Source of the DNA: a virus | Lineage: Duplodnaviria > Caudoviricetes | Reading direction: 5' to 3' (one strand) | Length of the DNA: 64,000 nt | IMG/VR virus record: IMGVR_UViG_3300014039_000027 | Location: 16,713 to 80,712 of that record | Shown here: piece by piece, positions 27,197-36,246 of the stretch | Layout of the letters: each line of letters opens with the position of its first letter | Numbering within the stretch: position 1 is the first letter of the stretch | Position numbers and translations under genes: made by a program | Notes under the pieces: model-generated | The model's input: only the letters and a program-made list of their open reading frames with translations | Told to the model about the DNA's origin: nothing | Databases searched by the model: none

Positions 27197-27840
27197 TAAC
27201 GCGCCTTTTCCTCCGCCGTCACAGCCCCCCCCCTGATGCGGACTGCATAAGAAGTACTTGTTTCAGCAGCTTCGGCAGATCCTTCCCCCGCCGTTCCGCC
27301 CTCCGCAATATCCCCTGACACGCTTTTGCGGTCAAATTGTATTTCGGATGCGGTGTCTCCTCCAAAATCTGCGACAACCGAGATACGACGGCGGCGTTGG
27401 GGCACTCCCCAGTATTGCGCGTCGTGAGTTCGCCACACCACGCTCCATCGTCCTCCCACTTCATCGTGGTAGCCCCCCCAGGTAGGCCAGCCCTTTTCAG
27501 GCACTTCAATACCGGGGGCTTCCGGCTCGACGATTTTGATGATTTCTTCGAGCACGGCTGCGAAGTCTTTTCCTTTGTTGCTGCTAAAGGCTCCGACCAC
27601 GTTTTCCCACACGAGATACCGAGGTCTGACCATGTCACCTGTCCGTCCATTCCTTTTGTCCGCCTCCCTCATTTCTTTTACAATGCGTACCTGCTCCATA
27701 AACAGGCCGCTTCGCGCACCGGCAAGCCCTGCGCGTTTTCCCGCGATACTAAGGTCCTGGCATGGGCTTCCGCCGGTGATGCACCACACCGGCTCGATCT
27801 CCGCGCCGTTGATCTTCGTTATATCTCCAAGATGTACCAT
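27196..27840 (-). CDS. DNA cytosine-5 methyltransferase, N-terminal catalytic part
   Basis: HLGDI, ITGGSPCQDLS (motif IV), VWENV (VI), QRRRRI (VIII); ends just after the G9 tract. Confidence 0.85.
   Translation of the reverse strand: MVHLGDITKINGAEIEPVWCITGGSPCQDLSIAGKRAGLAGARSGLFMEQVRIVKEMREADKRNGRTGDMVRPRYLVWENVVGAFSSNKGKDFAAVLEEIIKIVEPEAPGIEVPEKGWPTWGGYHDEVGGRWSVVWRTHDAQYWGVPQRRRRISVVADFGGDTASEIQFDRKSVSGDIAEGGTAGEGSAEAAETSTSYAVRIRGGAVTAEEKAR
27219..27650 (-). CDS. Nested alternative-frame ORF, probable methyltransferase beta-type polypeptide
   Basis: NTGECP....SRLSQILE...KYNLTAKACQGILRRAERRGKDLP, lying essentially within the catalytic gene in another frame. Confidence 0.65.
   Translation of the reverse strand: MDGQVTWSDLGISCGKTWSEPLAATKEKTSQPCSKKSSKSSSRKPPVLKCLKRAGLPGGATTMKWEDDGAWCGELTTRNTGECPNAAVVSRLSQILEETPHPKYNLTAKACQGILRRAERRGKDLPKLLKQVLLMQSASGGGL
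27225..27233 (-). repeat. G9 homopolymer causing a frameshift between the two MTase parts
   Basis: ATC AGG GGG GGG GCT; G7 or G10 would fuse the frames as IRGG(G)CDGGGKGALVQTE. Confidence 0.8.
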
Positions 27841-27843
27841 GTT

Positions 27844-28125
27844 CTAATCTCCAAACACCACGCCGCACTCGTCCTTCAGCACGTCCTTGATGTGCCTCCG
27901 CTTGATGCGGCCTTCGTTTATCTCCTCTGCCAGCTTCTCCAGGCACTCATACAGGTACGCGATGCTCTGCGTGTCTCGGCTGTCCGCTGTCTCCTCAAAG
28001 ACGTGCCAGCCGCACTTGTCTATCAGCACCATCGCCACCATGTCCATGTTCTCCCGTGTGCCTTGCAGCTTGCCTTTCATAAATAACCGTTCGTCCCGGC
28101 TCAAATGCTGCTTGCCCATCGTCAA
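27844..28125 (-). CDS. Hypothetical protein
   Basis: 93-aa ORF in the operon. Confidence 0.6.
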   Translation of the reverse strand: MTMGKQHLSRDERLFMKGKLQGTRENMDMVAMVLIDKCGWHVFEETADSRDTQSIAYLYECLEKLAEEINEGRIKRRHIKDVLKDECGVVFGD

Positions 28126-28313
28126 TCGTCCTCCGAAATACGCACGATCTCATAGCACCCGAACCGTCCGCCGTTTCGGTATGCCTTACATATCGCGCTT
28201 CGTGTGCTGGCGTAGGATCTCCCGGACCGATGTGCCAGTTCCGCCGTGGTGGTGCCCCACCATCGCGGCAGCCGATATTTATCCCGCGACACGATCATAT
28301 ACACCGTCGTCAT
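28122..28313 (-). CDS. Small HTH-like hypothetical protein
   Basis: YMIVSRDKYRLP...AELA..SG. Confidence 0.6.
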   Translation of the reverse strand: MTTVYMIVSRDKYRLPRWWGTTTAELAHRSGRSYASTRSAICKAYRNGGRFGCYEIVRISEDD

Positions 28314-28317
28314 GGCC

Positions 28318-28635
28318 TTACACCTCCCCGCACCGGCGCAGACGCAGGCTGTCCGCCAGCTCCTGTGCCGACCGCTTTCCCCTGTGCCGTCTGTCCTTTT
28401 TGCTCTCCCAGCAGTTGCGGCACTCCGGGTACGGGCAGTTCATGCACTTGTCTATCCTTGCCTGCGGTTCCCGCTGCTCGTCCACCAGCGCCCCGCTTAA
28501 AAATCGTCCCGTTTCTCCGCAATGTTCCTGCCTGTGGCTCTCCGCCGCGGCATCCACCGTCAGCCACGGCGCCTTGGCGTTTCCAAGGCTCCGTACAAAC
28601 GCGCCGACGCTCATCGTTCCCTGCATTGCGTACAT
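28318..28635 (-). CDS. Hypothetical protein with CxxCPYPECxxC
   Basis: 105-aa ORF. Confidence 0.55.
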   Translation of the reverse strand: MYAMQGTMSVGAFVRSLGNAKAPWLTVDAAAESHRQEHCGETGRFLSGALVDEQREPQARIDKCMNCPYPECRNCWESKKDRRHRGKRSAQELADSLRLRRCGEV

Positions 28636-28641
28636 GATGTT

Positions 28642-29148
28642 CTATACCTCCCTCACCTCGATGCCGTGGAAATACAGCATCATCTTCCGTTTCATCACGA
28701 ATAGCCTGTATGCGGCGGCGCTGGTACCGCGGAAGCCCTTGCTGTCCTCCACCACCGTTTCCCCGCCCTGCTCATACACGAAGTCGGCCACATAGTCTAT
28801 GGCTCTCTCTTTCTTGCCGTCCTTGCGCTCCTGCTTCGGTATCAGCTCGTACTTTACCTGTGTCCGCAGTCCGGATATTTCTCCGGCCCTTTGCATCAGC
28901 CACAGGTCCATGTACCGCCGCGCCTCCCGCTTGCTGTCGAAGTGCATCAGCGTGCCGTCCGGCATGGTCATGTCCACCTTTTCCGCGTGCAGCTTGTTGC
29001 CTTTCTTCGATTTTGCAGCCTTCTCCGCCTCCTGCGCTGCTTTCTGTGCCGTCTGCTGCGCCTGGACCTTCTGCAATATCTGCGCCTGTGCCCTTTGGCC
29101 GAAGCGGCCTATGTCCTCCATCGTCAGTCCCATCGGTTCAATCCTCAT
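28642..29148 (-). CDS. DUF1064-family protein (nuclease-like)
   Basis: FDSKREARRY..L..GEI..L..QVKYELIP..YVADFVY..VVEDSKG. Confidence 0.8.
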   Translation of the reverse strand: MRIEPMGLTMEDIGRFGQRAQAQILQKVQAQQTAQKAAQEAEKAAKSKKGNKLHAEKVDMTMPDGTLMHFDSKREARRYMDLWLMQRAGEISGLRTQVKYELIPKQERKDGKKERAIDYVADFVYEQGGETVVEDSKGFRGTSAAAYRLFVMKRKMMLYFHGIEVREV

Positions 29149-30517
29149 CCCCGCGGCTCATGTCCAGCCGCTTCCGTCTTGGCCGCTGGTGGAACTTGTC
29201 TGTCGGCTCATCGTCGTATGTCCGATAACTCAGTTCCGTGAAAGTCATCTTCGACCCGTCGAAGTAGAAGTTCACGTCCCCGGTGCGGCCCCGCCGGTTC
29301 TTTGCCACCGTGCAGCCCACCTGTGTCTCGTCCCCGGGGGCGGTTTTCCAGAGGAATATGACCTTCACCGCGTTCTGCTCCAGCTCGCCGCTGTCCCGTA
29401 GCGAGCTCAGCTTCGGCTTGTCCGTTTCGTTCACCGTGCGGCTCAGCTGCGCCGCCGCCACAATGGGTATCTCCAACTCCGACGCCAGCAGTTTCAGCTC
29501 CCGGCTTATGCCGCCCAGCTCCAGGTTGCGGTTCTCAGCCTTCCTATCCTTTTCGCCGATCATCAGCCCCAGGTAGTCCACCACGATCATCTTCAGGTCG
29601 TCTATGCCCAGCGCCAGTTCCCGTATGCGGCTCACCGTCACGTCCGGCCCGTCGTAGAAGTACACCGGCAGCCGGCTCTCCCAGCTGGCGGCCTCCGCCA
29701 CGCTGGCCCACAGTCCCTCGTCCTCCGGCATCCCGTCTATGAGCTGGTCCATCGTCACGCCGTCTGCCCGCTTGGCCAGCAGTCGCTCGCCCACTTCGCC
29801 AGCCAGCATCTCCGCCGTGATGTGCAGCACCGTCTTGCCCTTCATGGCGGCGGCCTCTGTCATCTCCATGCACATGGCGCTCTTGCCGCAGCCCGGCCTT
29901 GCGCCCACCAGTATCAGCTGTCCCGGCCACAGCCCCTTCAGCGTCGCGTCCAGCAGAGGGAACCCCGTGTCTATCCGCCCCTCCTTTTTGCCGCTGATGC
30001 TGTTCATGGCCTCGCTCATGGCATCCGACATGGTTTTCAGCCTTCCGCCCCGCCGCGCCTTCATCTTTTGGTGGCATATCGCCGCCACCGCCGCCTGCGG
30101 GTCCTCGTCCTCGCTCAGCGCTTCCAGCACCGCCTTGGTGAAGCGGCGCTTCTCCGCCTTTTTACGCACGATCCCGGCGTACTCCATCACGTTGGCGCTG
30201 GTGGGGGTGATCTCCATGCACTGCAGCAGGTAGTTGCGTGTTTCGCTGCTGTACAGGCCCTCGCGCTCCAGCTCGCTGGCCACGGTCACGCCGTCTATGG
30301 GCTTTGCCGCCACGTGCATCCGCCGTATGGCGGTGAATATCTCCTGGTTGGTGCTGATGTAGAAGTCGTCCGCCTCCACCGCGCCCAGCACGTCCTTTAC
30401 GCAGTCCGCGTCTATCAGCATCGAGCCGATCACCGCCCTCTCCGCGTCCCCGGAGTAGTCCTGCTGCCACAGCGCCGTGCCCGCGGTGGGGGCTTTCTCG
30501 ATCACGCCTATCTCCAT
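29138..30517 (-). CDS. dnaB: Replicative DNA helicase
   Basis: AERAVIGSML, IDTGF..LD, GARPGCGKS, IVVDYLGL, AAQLSR, LRDSGELEQNA, AKNRRG. Confidence 0.93.
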   Translation of the reverse strand: MEIGVIEKAPTAGTALWQQDYSGDAERAVIGSMLIDADCVKDVLGAVEADDFYISTNQEIFTAIRRMHVAAKPIDGVTVASELEREGLYSSETRNYLLQCMEITPTSANVMEYAGIVRKKAEKRRFTKAVLEALSEDEDPQAAVAAICHQKMKARRGGRLKTMSDAMSEAMNSISGKKEGRIDTGFPLLDATLKGLWPGQLILVGARPGCGKSAMCMEMTEAAAMKGKTVLHITAEMLAGEVGERLLAKRADGVTMDQLIDGMPEDEGLWASVAEAASWESRLPVYFYDGPDVTVSRIRELALGIDDLKMIVVDYLGLMIGEKDRKAENRNLELGGISRELKLLASELEIPIVAAAQLSRTVNETDKPKLSSLRDSGELEQNAVKVIFLWKTAPGDETQVGCTVAKNRRGRTGDVNFYFDGSKMTFTELSYRTYDDEPTDKFHQRPRRKRLDMSRGDED

Positions 30518-30524
30518 GTGTTCC

Positions 30525-31619
30525 TCACTCCTTCACCGCGCCCTGCTCCTTCACCATGTCGGCGAATATCTCGTTGAAGTACCGCTTCAGGTCGTAGGCG
30601 CTCTGCACCTTCTTCCCCCACCACTGGCTGTTCAGCGCAAAGTACAGCACGTTGTCCATCGTGTCCCACGCCACGCCGTTCTGCTCATGCAGTTCGTTCA
30701 GCGCCACGGCCTGCTTCTGCATTTCCGCCTCCGTGGGCTGCGCCCTGCCGGGGTTGTCGCGGGCTTTCTCCTGCGCCAGGTACTTGGCGATCTGATAGGC
30801 TTCGCTGGTGTGGTCAACGGCGGGGCCGTCGTTTTCAGGGGCAAACTCCTGCGTGTAGTTCCCCTCAAGTGTTTTCTGGAAGTTGTCCGGGCTGGTAATG
30901 AGCCAGTCGAAGCTGGCCACAAACCCCCGCTTGTTTTTGCCTTTCAGGAACGGGCTGTTCTTCACGTTCTCAATGGCTTTCAGCACACCGTCCACGCCGT
31001 TTTCCCGTATGCGGGCTTTCAGCGCCCTGCCCCGTTTTGTCTCCGCCGTCACCTTCATCACCTGTGTCAATCCGGTGTCGTTCCACGCCGCCACAATGCG
31101 TCGGACATCACTTGTCCGACACACAGGCTCTTTAGAGCCTGTAGATATATCTAACCTATCCTCACCTACACTATCCTTACCTAACCTATCCTGTGGCAGA
31201 CAGGCGGCAACCACTTGGCAACCATCCGGCAACCATTTGGGCACTACGTTGTACCCGCTTTTCTCTGCTACGTTGTCATCCACCGTGTATGCTCCGTTTG
31301 CTTCAAGCGTGAGCAGCGATAATTCCTCCTTGAAACGGGTCTGCGTGTACCGGTCTTTTCGCAGCGCGTTCGCCATGCGCCAGTGCTTGATAACGATCAC
31401 ACCGTTCTCAAACTGGTAGATATAGCGGCATTTCAGCAGAGTTTCGAGGTCCGATACACTGGCGTGCGCCTTAAACATGGACGCGGAGACCTGATTGCAA
31501 AAACCGTCATCGTCTGCGGCCATCGAGAGGTGAAGGTAAAGGGCTTGGGCGGAAGATGACATTTCCATGAAATGGTCATCATCCGTGACGCTCTTTGTAA
31601 ACATCCTCCGGGTCGCCAT
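30525..31619 (-). CDS. Phage replication initiator/replisome organizer
   Basis: MATRRMF.K.V..DD.F.EM..SAQALY.HL N-terminus; ASFDWLI..NFQK.LEGNY. Confidence 0.75.
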   Translation of the reverse strand: MATRRMFTKSVTDDDHFMEMSSSAQALYLHLSMAADDDGFCNQVSASMFKAHASVSDLETLLKCRYIYQFENGVIVIKHWRMANALRKDRYTQTRFKEELSLLTLEANGAYTVDDNVAEKSGYNVVPKWLPDGCQVVAACLPQDRLGKDSVGEDRLDISTGSKEPVCRTSDVRRIVAAWNDTGLTQVMKVTAETKRGRALKARIRENGVDGVLKAIENVKNSPFLKGKNKRGFVASFDWLITSPDNFQKTLEGNYTQEFAPENDGPAVDHTSEAYQIAKYLAQEKARDNPGRAQPTEAEMQKQAVALNELHEQNGVAWDTMDNVLYFALNSQWWGKKVQSAYDLKRYFNEIFADMVKEQGAVKE

Positions 31620-31996
31620 CAGCTTTTCTCCCCCCAGACCTTCAAAAATTCTCCGATGTCCGCAGGTTTTCCGGTGCCCTCCTCGTCCTCTCCGCCTCCG
31701 CAAAGCCCACGCAGAACACAGCATTTGCAGTTGTCCTCATACTGGTCGCTGACGCACTGGCAAAGCAGCATTTCCTTCACCTCGTGGTCACAGCACACAA
31801 TGTCGAAAATGCCGGGCTGTTCGTCGTACTGTCCCTGCGGGCAATCCACTTCGCCGATCTCACACAGTTTCACGATGCCCTTCTCGCCGCCGCAAGCGCT
31901 GTACAGCGGGCACGCTTTACAGTCGTTCCCCTTTACTCTGCCGCCGCAGACCTCCAGCATCGCGGCAAATTCTTCCTTGGTGCAGATAATTTTCAT
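31619..31996 (-). CDS. Cys-rich hypothetical protein (two repeats)
   Basis: CTKEEFAAML..C / CDHEVKEML..C. Confidence 0.55.
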   Translation of the reverse strand: MKIICTKEEFAAMLEVCGGRVKGNDCKACPLYSACGGEKGIVKLCEIGEVDCPQGQYDEQPGIFDIVCCDHEVKEMLLCQCVSDQYEDNCKCCVLRGLCGGGEDEEGTGKPADIGEFLKVWGEKS

Positions 31997-32009
31997 TTCA
32001 TTACCTCCC

Positions 32010-32570
32010 TCAAATGCCCAGGTCGTAGTCCTCGTCCCCGCCGTCCCGGTCCCAGGGCAGCGGCTCGTCCTCCTCGATCTCCTGAAAGCCCGCCGCGCTC
32101 TGCGGCGCGGTGTTCTGCGTCCCGCAGGGCTTACCGGTGGCCATCTCCCCGGCGCACAGTTTTTCCAGCTGCGGCAGCAGATCCGCCAGCCGCAAAAATA
32201 CCTCCACCGGCACCTGCAGCAGCGTTTCCAGCGCCCCCAGCGGTATCACCAGGTCGGCGCGGAGCTCGCTCCACACCTTGGCCTCGCCGTCCTTGGTGGT
32301 GTACGGCCTCTGCCGCCATGTGCCCACCACGCACACCGCGTCGCCCTTTTCCAGGCAGGCGCTCAGCTTCGTGGCGGCGTTGTCTCCCACGGCGCACACG
32401 TTCATGAACTGCTTGCTGTCGTAGCCCATGCCGAACTCCACCTTCGGCAAATTGTTCTTGGGTATCGCGCCTATCCGGGGGTCCCGGCTGACGGAGCCGG
32501 TACAGATCATGTACTGGCTCCCGTCAGCCTTACCCTCTCCGTCCAGACGCTTCCGGACGAATAGCGGCAT
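32010..32570 (-). CDS. ssb: Single-stranded DNA-binding protein
   Basis: OB-fold pattern (LEKGDAV.VVG.W..R.Y...DG) and acidic tail EDEPLPW...DYDLGI. Confidence 0.75.
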   Translation of the reverse strand: MPLFVRKRLDGEGKADGSQYMICTGSVSRDPRIGAIPKNNLPKVEFGMGYDSKQFMNVCAVGDNAATKLSACLEKGDAVCVVGTWRQRPYTTKDGEAKVWSELRADLVIPLGALETLLQVPVEVFLRLADLLPQLEKLCAGEMATGKPCGTQNTAPQSAAGFQEIEEDEPLPWDRDGGDEDYDLGI

Positions 32571-33598
32571 TACTGCTCACCCTCCCCGAAGAACCCTGCG
32601 GAGTAGTCCTTTGCCTCCGCCTTTGTCTCTGTTTTGGCTTCTGCGGCGCTCTGTGCGCGTTTGCGGGTGGGGGCGGTGTCGTTGCCCTCCTTCGGCCCTG
32701 CGTCGCTGTGAGCGACCTCTGTGTGGCCGACGGGAGGGTTTACCGCCGTTTCCTCGTCCACCACATAGCCGGAGGTGGTGATGACCGGCTCAGTCACCGT
32801 CCCGTCCTCTGCGGCGATCACGGCATCCTCGCCGTCCTCGCTGAAGTAGCCGCGTACCTCGTTACTCAGCGGGGCATAACCGCTGTTCAGCAGCTGGCGG
32901 ATCATGGTCTTACGGCACATCTTGTCCTGTCCGCCGTTCACGTCGTACCAGGGCGTGCCGTTCAGCAGCTTCTTCACCTCACCGGCGTCCAGTTCGCCCG
33001 CCTCCATCGCCTTGTACTTGTCCAGCTTAAATGCCGGGGAGTACCGGTCCGCGTGCTGCAGCAGCCGGTCCATCGACCAATAGATCGACCGGAACGTGCC
33101 GTCCTTCAGCTCGTAATAGGCGTAGTAGCCGATGATCTTGTGGCTCTCGCGCTCCTCGTCCGTGTCATACTTGGCCAAGTTCACCACCGGCTTGCCCGTG
33201 CGGCGGTCGCGGCTCTCCAGCTCACCCTCGCGCACCTCAAGGCAGTCGATGTCCGCGTAGTACCCGGTGGACATGGCCAGCTGTATGTAGCCCTTGTACG
33301 CCAGCAGGTATGCCGCCGTGCTGCCGTAGGGCACGATGTAGTAGCCGTGGCCGTAGATCAGGCCCATGCCCTCGCCCCGCAGACCGGCGGCAATGATGGT
33401 GCCGGGGTCGCAGGCTTTCAGTGTCTCGCTGGCGCTCACCGCGCCGATCAGGGTGCTGGTGAACCGCGCCGCCATCTTGTCGTTCTTCAGCGCCCGCTGT
33501 ATCATCTGCTGGGTGTTGGGCGCCGTGATCGCCATGCTGAATGTGGGCTTCTTGGCCTGTGCCATCTGCGTGAAGCCCGCCTGATTCTGTACTTTCAT
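32570..33598 (-). CDS. recT: RecT/Bet-family recombinase
   Basis: G.YYIVPY...YKGYIQLA.STG.Y, GYYAY.EL, M.RKT..RQLL. Confidence 0.85.
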   Translation of the reverse strand: MKVQNQAGFTQMAQAKKPTFSMAITAPNTQQMIQRALKNDKMAARFTSTLIGAVSASETLKACDPGTIIAAGLRGEGMGLIYGHGYYIVPYGSTAAYLLAYKGYIQLAMSTGYYADIDCLEVREGELESRDRRTGKPVVNLAKYDTDEERESHKIIGYYAYYELKDGTFRSIYWSMDRLLQHADRYSPAFKLDKYKAMEAGELDAGEVKKLLNGTPWYDVNGGQDKMCRKTMIRQLLNSGYAPLSNEVRGYFSEDGEDAVIAAEDGTVTEPVITTSGYVVDEETAVNPPVGHTEVAHSDAGPKEGNDTAPTRKRAQSAAEAKTETKAEAKDYSAGFFGEGEQ

Positions 33599-33613
33599 TC
33601 CGTTTCTCCTCCC

Positions 33614-34573
33614 TTACTCCTGCGGCACCGGCATAAACCGGATGCCGTTTTTCTGCATATAGGCTTTCAGTCCGTCCAGCTGCCGCGCCGTTCCGAATGC
33701 GCGGAAGTCTACCTTGTACTCCGGCTCCTGTACCTGTGCGGGCATCTCGTGGCTGTCCTCGTCCACCAGGTCGTTGACCGGCTGCGCCTGCTGGGGTTCT
33801 ACCGTTCCTGCGATGCCGATCACCTCGTACCCGTCAGACTCGCCGATGCACTCCGGCTTCAGCGGCGCTGTCTTTTGCTGCTGTGCCGCTGCGTACTTCG
33901 CTGCGGCCTCCGCCTCCTTACGCTTGCGCTCCTCCTCGGCGGCTTTCATCCGTCCCAATGTCTCGTTCTTCACCAGCACCGCGCTGATGTTACGGGTCCG
34001 GGTGTACTCGTCCAGCAGCGTGGTCTCGAACTCGCTGTGCAGCGCACGGATGGCGTTCAGGTCTGCGCGGCAGCGGTCAATGGCGGCGCAAATATCCATC
34101 TGCGCCGTGCTCTCGGCATAGGTGGCGTTCAGCCACTTGGGGTTAAAGCAGTCGTCAAAGGTCAGCCACTCCGTCATGTCGCCCACCACCTGGGCGAAGT
34201 ACGCAGCCAGCCGGTCCTTCTTCTCCTGCTTCGCCGCCTCCTCCATCGCCTTGATCTGCACGTCCAGCGCTTGGACACCTCGCTCAAAGACTGCCTCCAA
34301 ATCCTTGCAGTTGCTTTCTTCTGCGGCGCAAGTTGACAGTGCGGCGGCACGCATCTCCTTCCTCACGTCGCTTACTCCGCTTTGCGCCTTGCGGAGACTT
34401 GCTCTGTCGGCCTTTGCCTGTGAAATCGTATCGGGCGTCACAACGATGTTCTCGTACTGTGCCACAACGCTTTCCGCCCACTTTTTTACGGCAGGATAGT
34501 TGGTCGTAATAACCTGCTTCCGCACCTCCTGCAAATCGCTTGTAATGCAGAACTCCATAAGTTCTCCGGTCAT
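33614..34573 (-). CDS. DUF1351-family protein
   Basis: NY..VK....Y..IVVT.D....AK.DRA.L; KWLNATY; typical neighbour of recT/yqaJ. Confidence 0.75.
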   Translation of the reverse strand: MTGELMEFCITSDLQEVRKQVITTNYPAVKKWAESVVAQYENIVVTPDTISQAKADRASLRKAQSGVSDVRKEMRAAALSTCAAEESNCKDLEAVFERGVQALDVQIKAMEEAAKQEKKDRLAAYFAQVVGDMTEWLTFDDCFNPKWLNATYAESTAQMDICAAIDRCRADLNAIRALHSEFETTLLDEYTRTRNISAVLVKNETLGRMKAAEEERKRKEAEAAAKYAAAQQQKTAPLKPECIGESDGYEVIGIAGTVEPQQAQPVNDLVDEDSHEMPAQVQEPEYKVDFRAFGTARQLDGLKAYMQKNGIRFMPVPQE

Positions 34574-35298
34574 GCAATGATTTCCTCCTTTGCCTTGTAT
34601 TTTTCGGATGTTCGCTTGTTGGCAGCCTGTGTTTTCATATCCACCCAGCGGCAGTTCTCCGGGCAGTAATTGCCGTTTACATCGATACGGTCTATGGTGC
34701 ATTGCCCACGCGGCGCATTTTCGTCGTAGCCGGTTGCAAGCGCCCAGTCTCGGAACGCTTCGTAGCTATTGCGCCACTCATCACAGACAGTGATCCCTCT
34801 GCCGCCGTAGTTGTGAAAGCTCTTGTTCTGTGGGTGATAACATCTCGCCAGCATCGCGGTCCAAATCGGATAGAGCCTGCTGCCGTGACCTCCGTGTGTC
34901 CGGTTCAAATAGCCCATTTCTCGCACTCGCTCCAAATTCAGGCATCCGCACGACCTCGTATGACCGGAGCGCAGGTCGTGAGCTGTGGAAAGACACTCAC
35001 CTCCACAATCACAGGCGCAGCGCCAAATATGGTCGCCCCACCTGTTCTGCCCAACTCTTTCGACTGGGCGCAACCTCCCAAAAACGCAGCCTTTCAAATC
35101 GGCGGTCCTTCTTGCTGCGGATAACTCCCGAAACAGGCACCCACACGATTGCGAAGCGCCGCTTTTCAATGAATTGACATAGACCTCGCGTTCTGTCCCG
35201 CAATCGCACTTGCAAAGGTAATACTTCTTGGTTCCGCGCTTTGATGCAGGCGCCACAACCGTCCACCGGCCAAACCTCGCATCCACGAGGTCGCTCAT
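34570..35298 (-). CDS. Free-standing HNH-type homing endonuclease (paralogue 4)
   Basis: CKCDCG..SCGC x2; YGGRGITVCDEW; TIDRIDVNGNYCPENCRW. Confidence 0.8.
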   Translation of the reverse strand: MSDLVDARFGRWTVVAPASKRGTKKYYLCKCDCGTEREVYVNSLKSGASQSCGCLFRELSAARRTADLKGCVFGRLRPVERVGQNRWGDHIWRCACDCGGECLSTAHDLRSGHTRSCGCLNLERVREMGYLNRTHGGHGSRLYPIWTAMLARCYHPQNKSFHNYGGRGITVCDEWRNSYEAFRDWALATGYDENAPRGQCTIDRIDVNGNYCPENCRWVDMKTQAANKRTSEKYKAKEEIIA

Positions 35299-35531
35299 GC
35301 CGTCACCTCCGCGTCGTACTTGGTGATGTGCTTCACCCTGTCCGCCCACGCCGGGTCAATGGCGCTCTCCGGCAGGTCCACCTCGGTGATGATGGCCTTC
35401 TTCTCCGCCCCCTCGCCGCCGGGGACAAGTACCTTGTCTCCGGGGCGCAGCGGCAGGTCGGTCAGGAAGGTGTATGCCTGCCCGCCGTAGCCGTTCAGCT
35501 TCGGCTTGTGGTACATGGCCTTTACGATCAT
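35295..35531 (-). CDS. Hypothetical protein
   Basis: AYTFLTDLPLRPGDKVLVP. Confidence 0.65.
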   Translation of the reverse strand: MIVKAMYHKPKLNGYGGQAYTFLTDLPLRPGDKVLVPGGEGAEKKAIITEVDLPESAIDPAWADRVKHITKYDAEVTA

Positions 35532-35866
35532 CCCTGCTCACCCACCTTCCCGGCATCGGCAGCGCCATTTCCCGGCTGCGCTTCTGCGCTCACGTCCACG
35601 ATCTTTCCAAGAACGCCCAGTTTGACGAGCCCGTAGGCTATACACACGGCCTTGTTGTCGCGGAGATTCTTTTCCACGGCACTGTCAACGCCAGCCAGAC
35701 AATGGGCGAAGTCGGCCGCGGTCATGTTTCCTCCCCGCGTCACAGAGTGGAAGTCCACGCCCTCCTCCGTCTTGCGCCCGAAGCACATCATGGCAAAATC
35801 CAGGTTGGCTTCCTCGTGCAGCGCCTCGCCGGTCTCGGCGTTGGTCATCGTCAGCTTCAGTTTCAT
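35528..35866 (-). CDS. Hypothetical protein
   Basis: Start MKLKLTM, coupled to the upstream stop. Confidence 0.6.
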   Translation of the reverse strand: MKLKLTMTNAETGEALHEEANLDFAMMCFGRKTEEGVDFHSVTRGGNMTAADFAHCLAGVDSAVEKNLRDNKAVCIAYGLVKLGVLGKIVDVSAEAQPGNGAADAGKVGEQG

Positions 35867-36222
35867 CACTTGCCCTCCTTCTTGGCCGTGCGCTTGCCGC
35901 CCTTTCTGGCGGCGGGCTTCTTCGGGACGGCTTCCTGCGCCGCCTGTGCCGCGGCCCACGCCGCGTCGTCCTCGTTCATCTTCTGCCGGATGCGGCTGTC
36001 CTTTTCGGTCACGAGCTTTACGGCGTTCTCCGTCAGACGCACCAGCAGCCCCGCCGTTCCGATGGGCACGTTCTCAGCTACGTTGGCGGCGGCCACGCCG
36101 TCATACTTGTCCTCCTCGCCCTCCTTGGGCATCACCGCCGCGCATATCACGCCGCAGGCGTTCCGCACGAATACGCGCTCCTCTCCCGTTTCCATGTCCA
36201 GCACGGTCACTCGAAATGCCAT
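35866..36222 (-). CDS. Hypothetical protein (distant paralogue of the neighbour)
   Basis: MAFRVTVLDMETGEE versus MKLKLTMTNAETGEA. Confidence 0.6.
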   Translation of the reverse strand: MAFRVTVLDMETGEERVFVRNACGVICAAVMPKEGEEDKYDGVAAANVAENVPIGTAGLLVRLTENAVKLVTEKDSRIRQKMNEDDAAWAAAQAAQEAVPKKPAARKGGKRTAKKEGK

Positions 36223-36246
36223 TTCATTTCTCCTTTCGTTTTTCAC

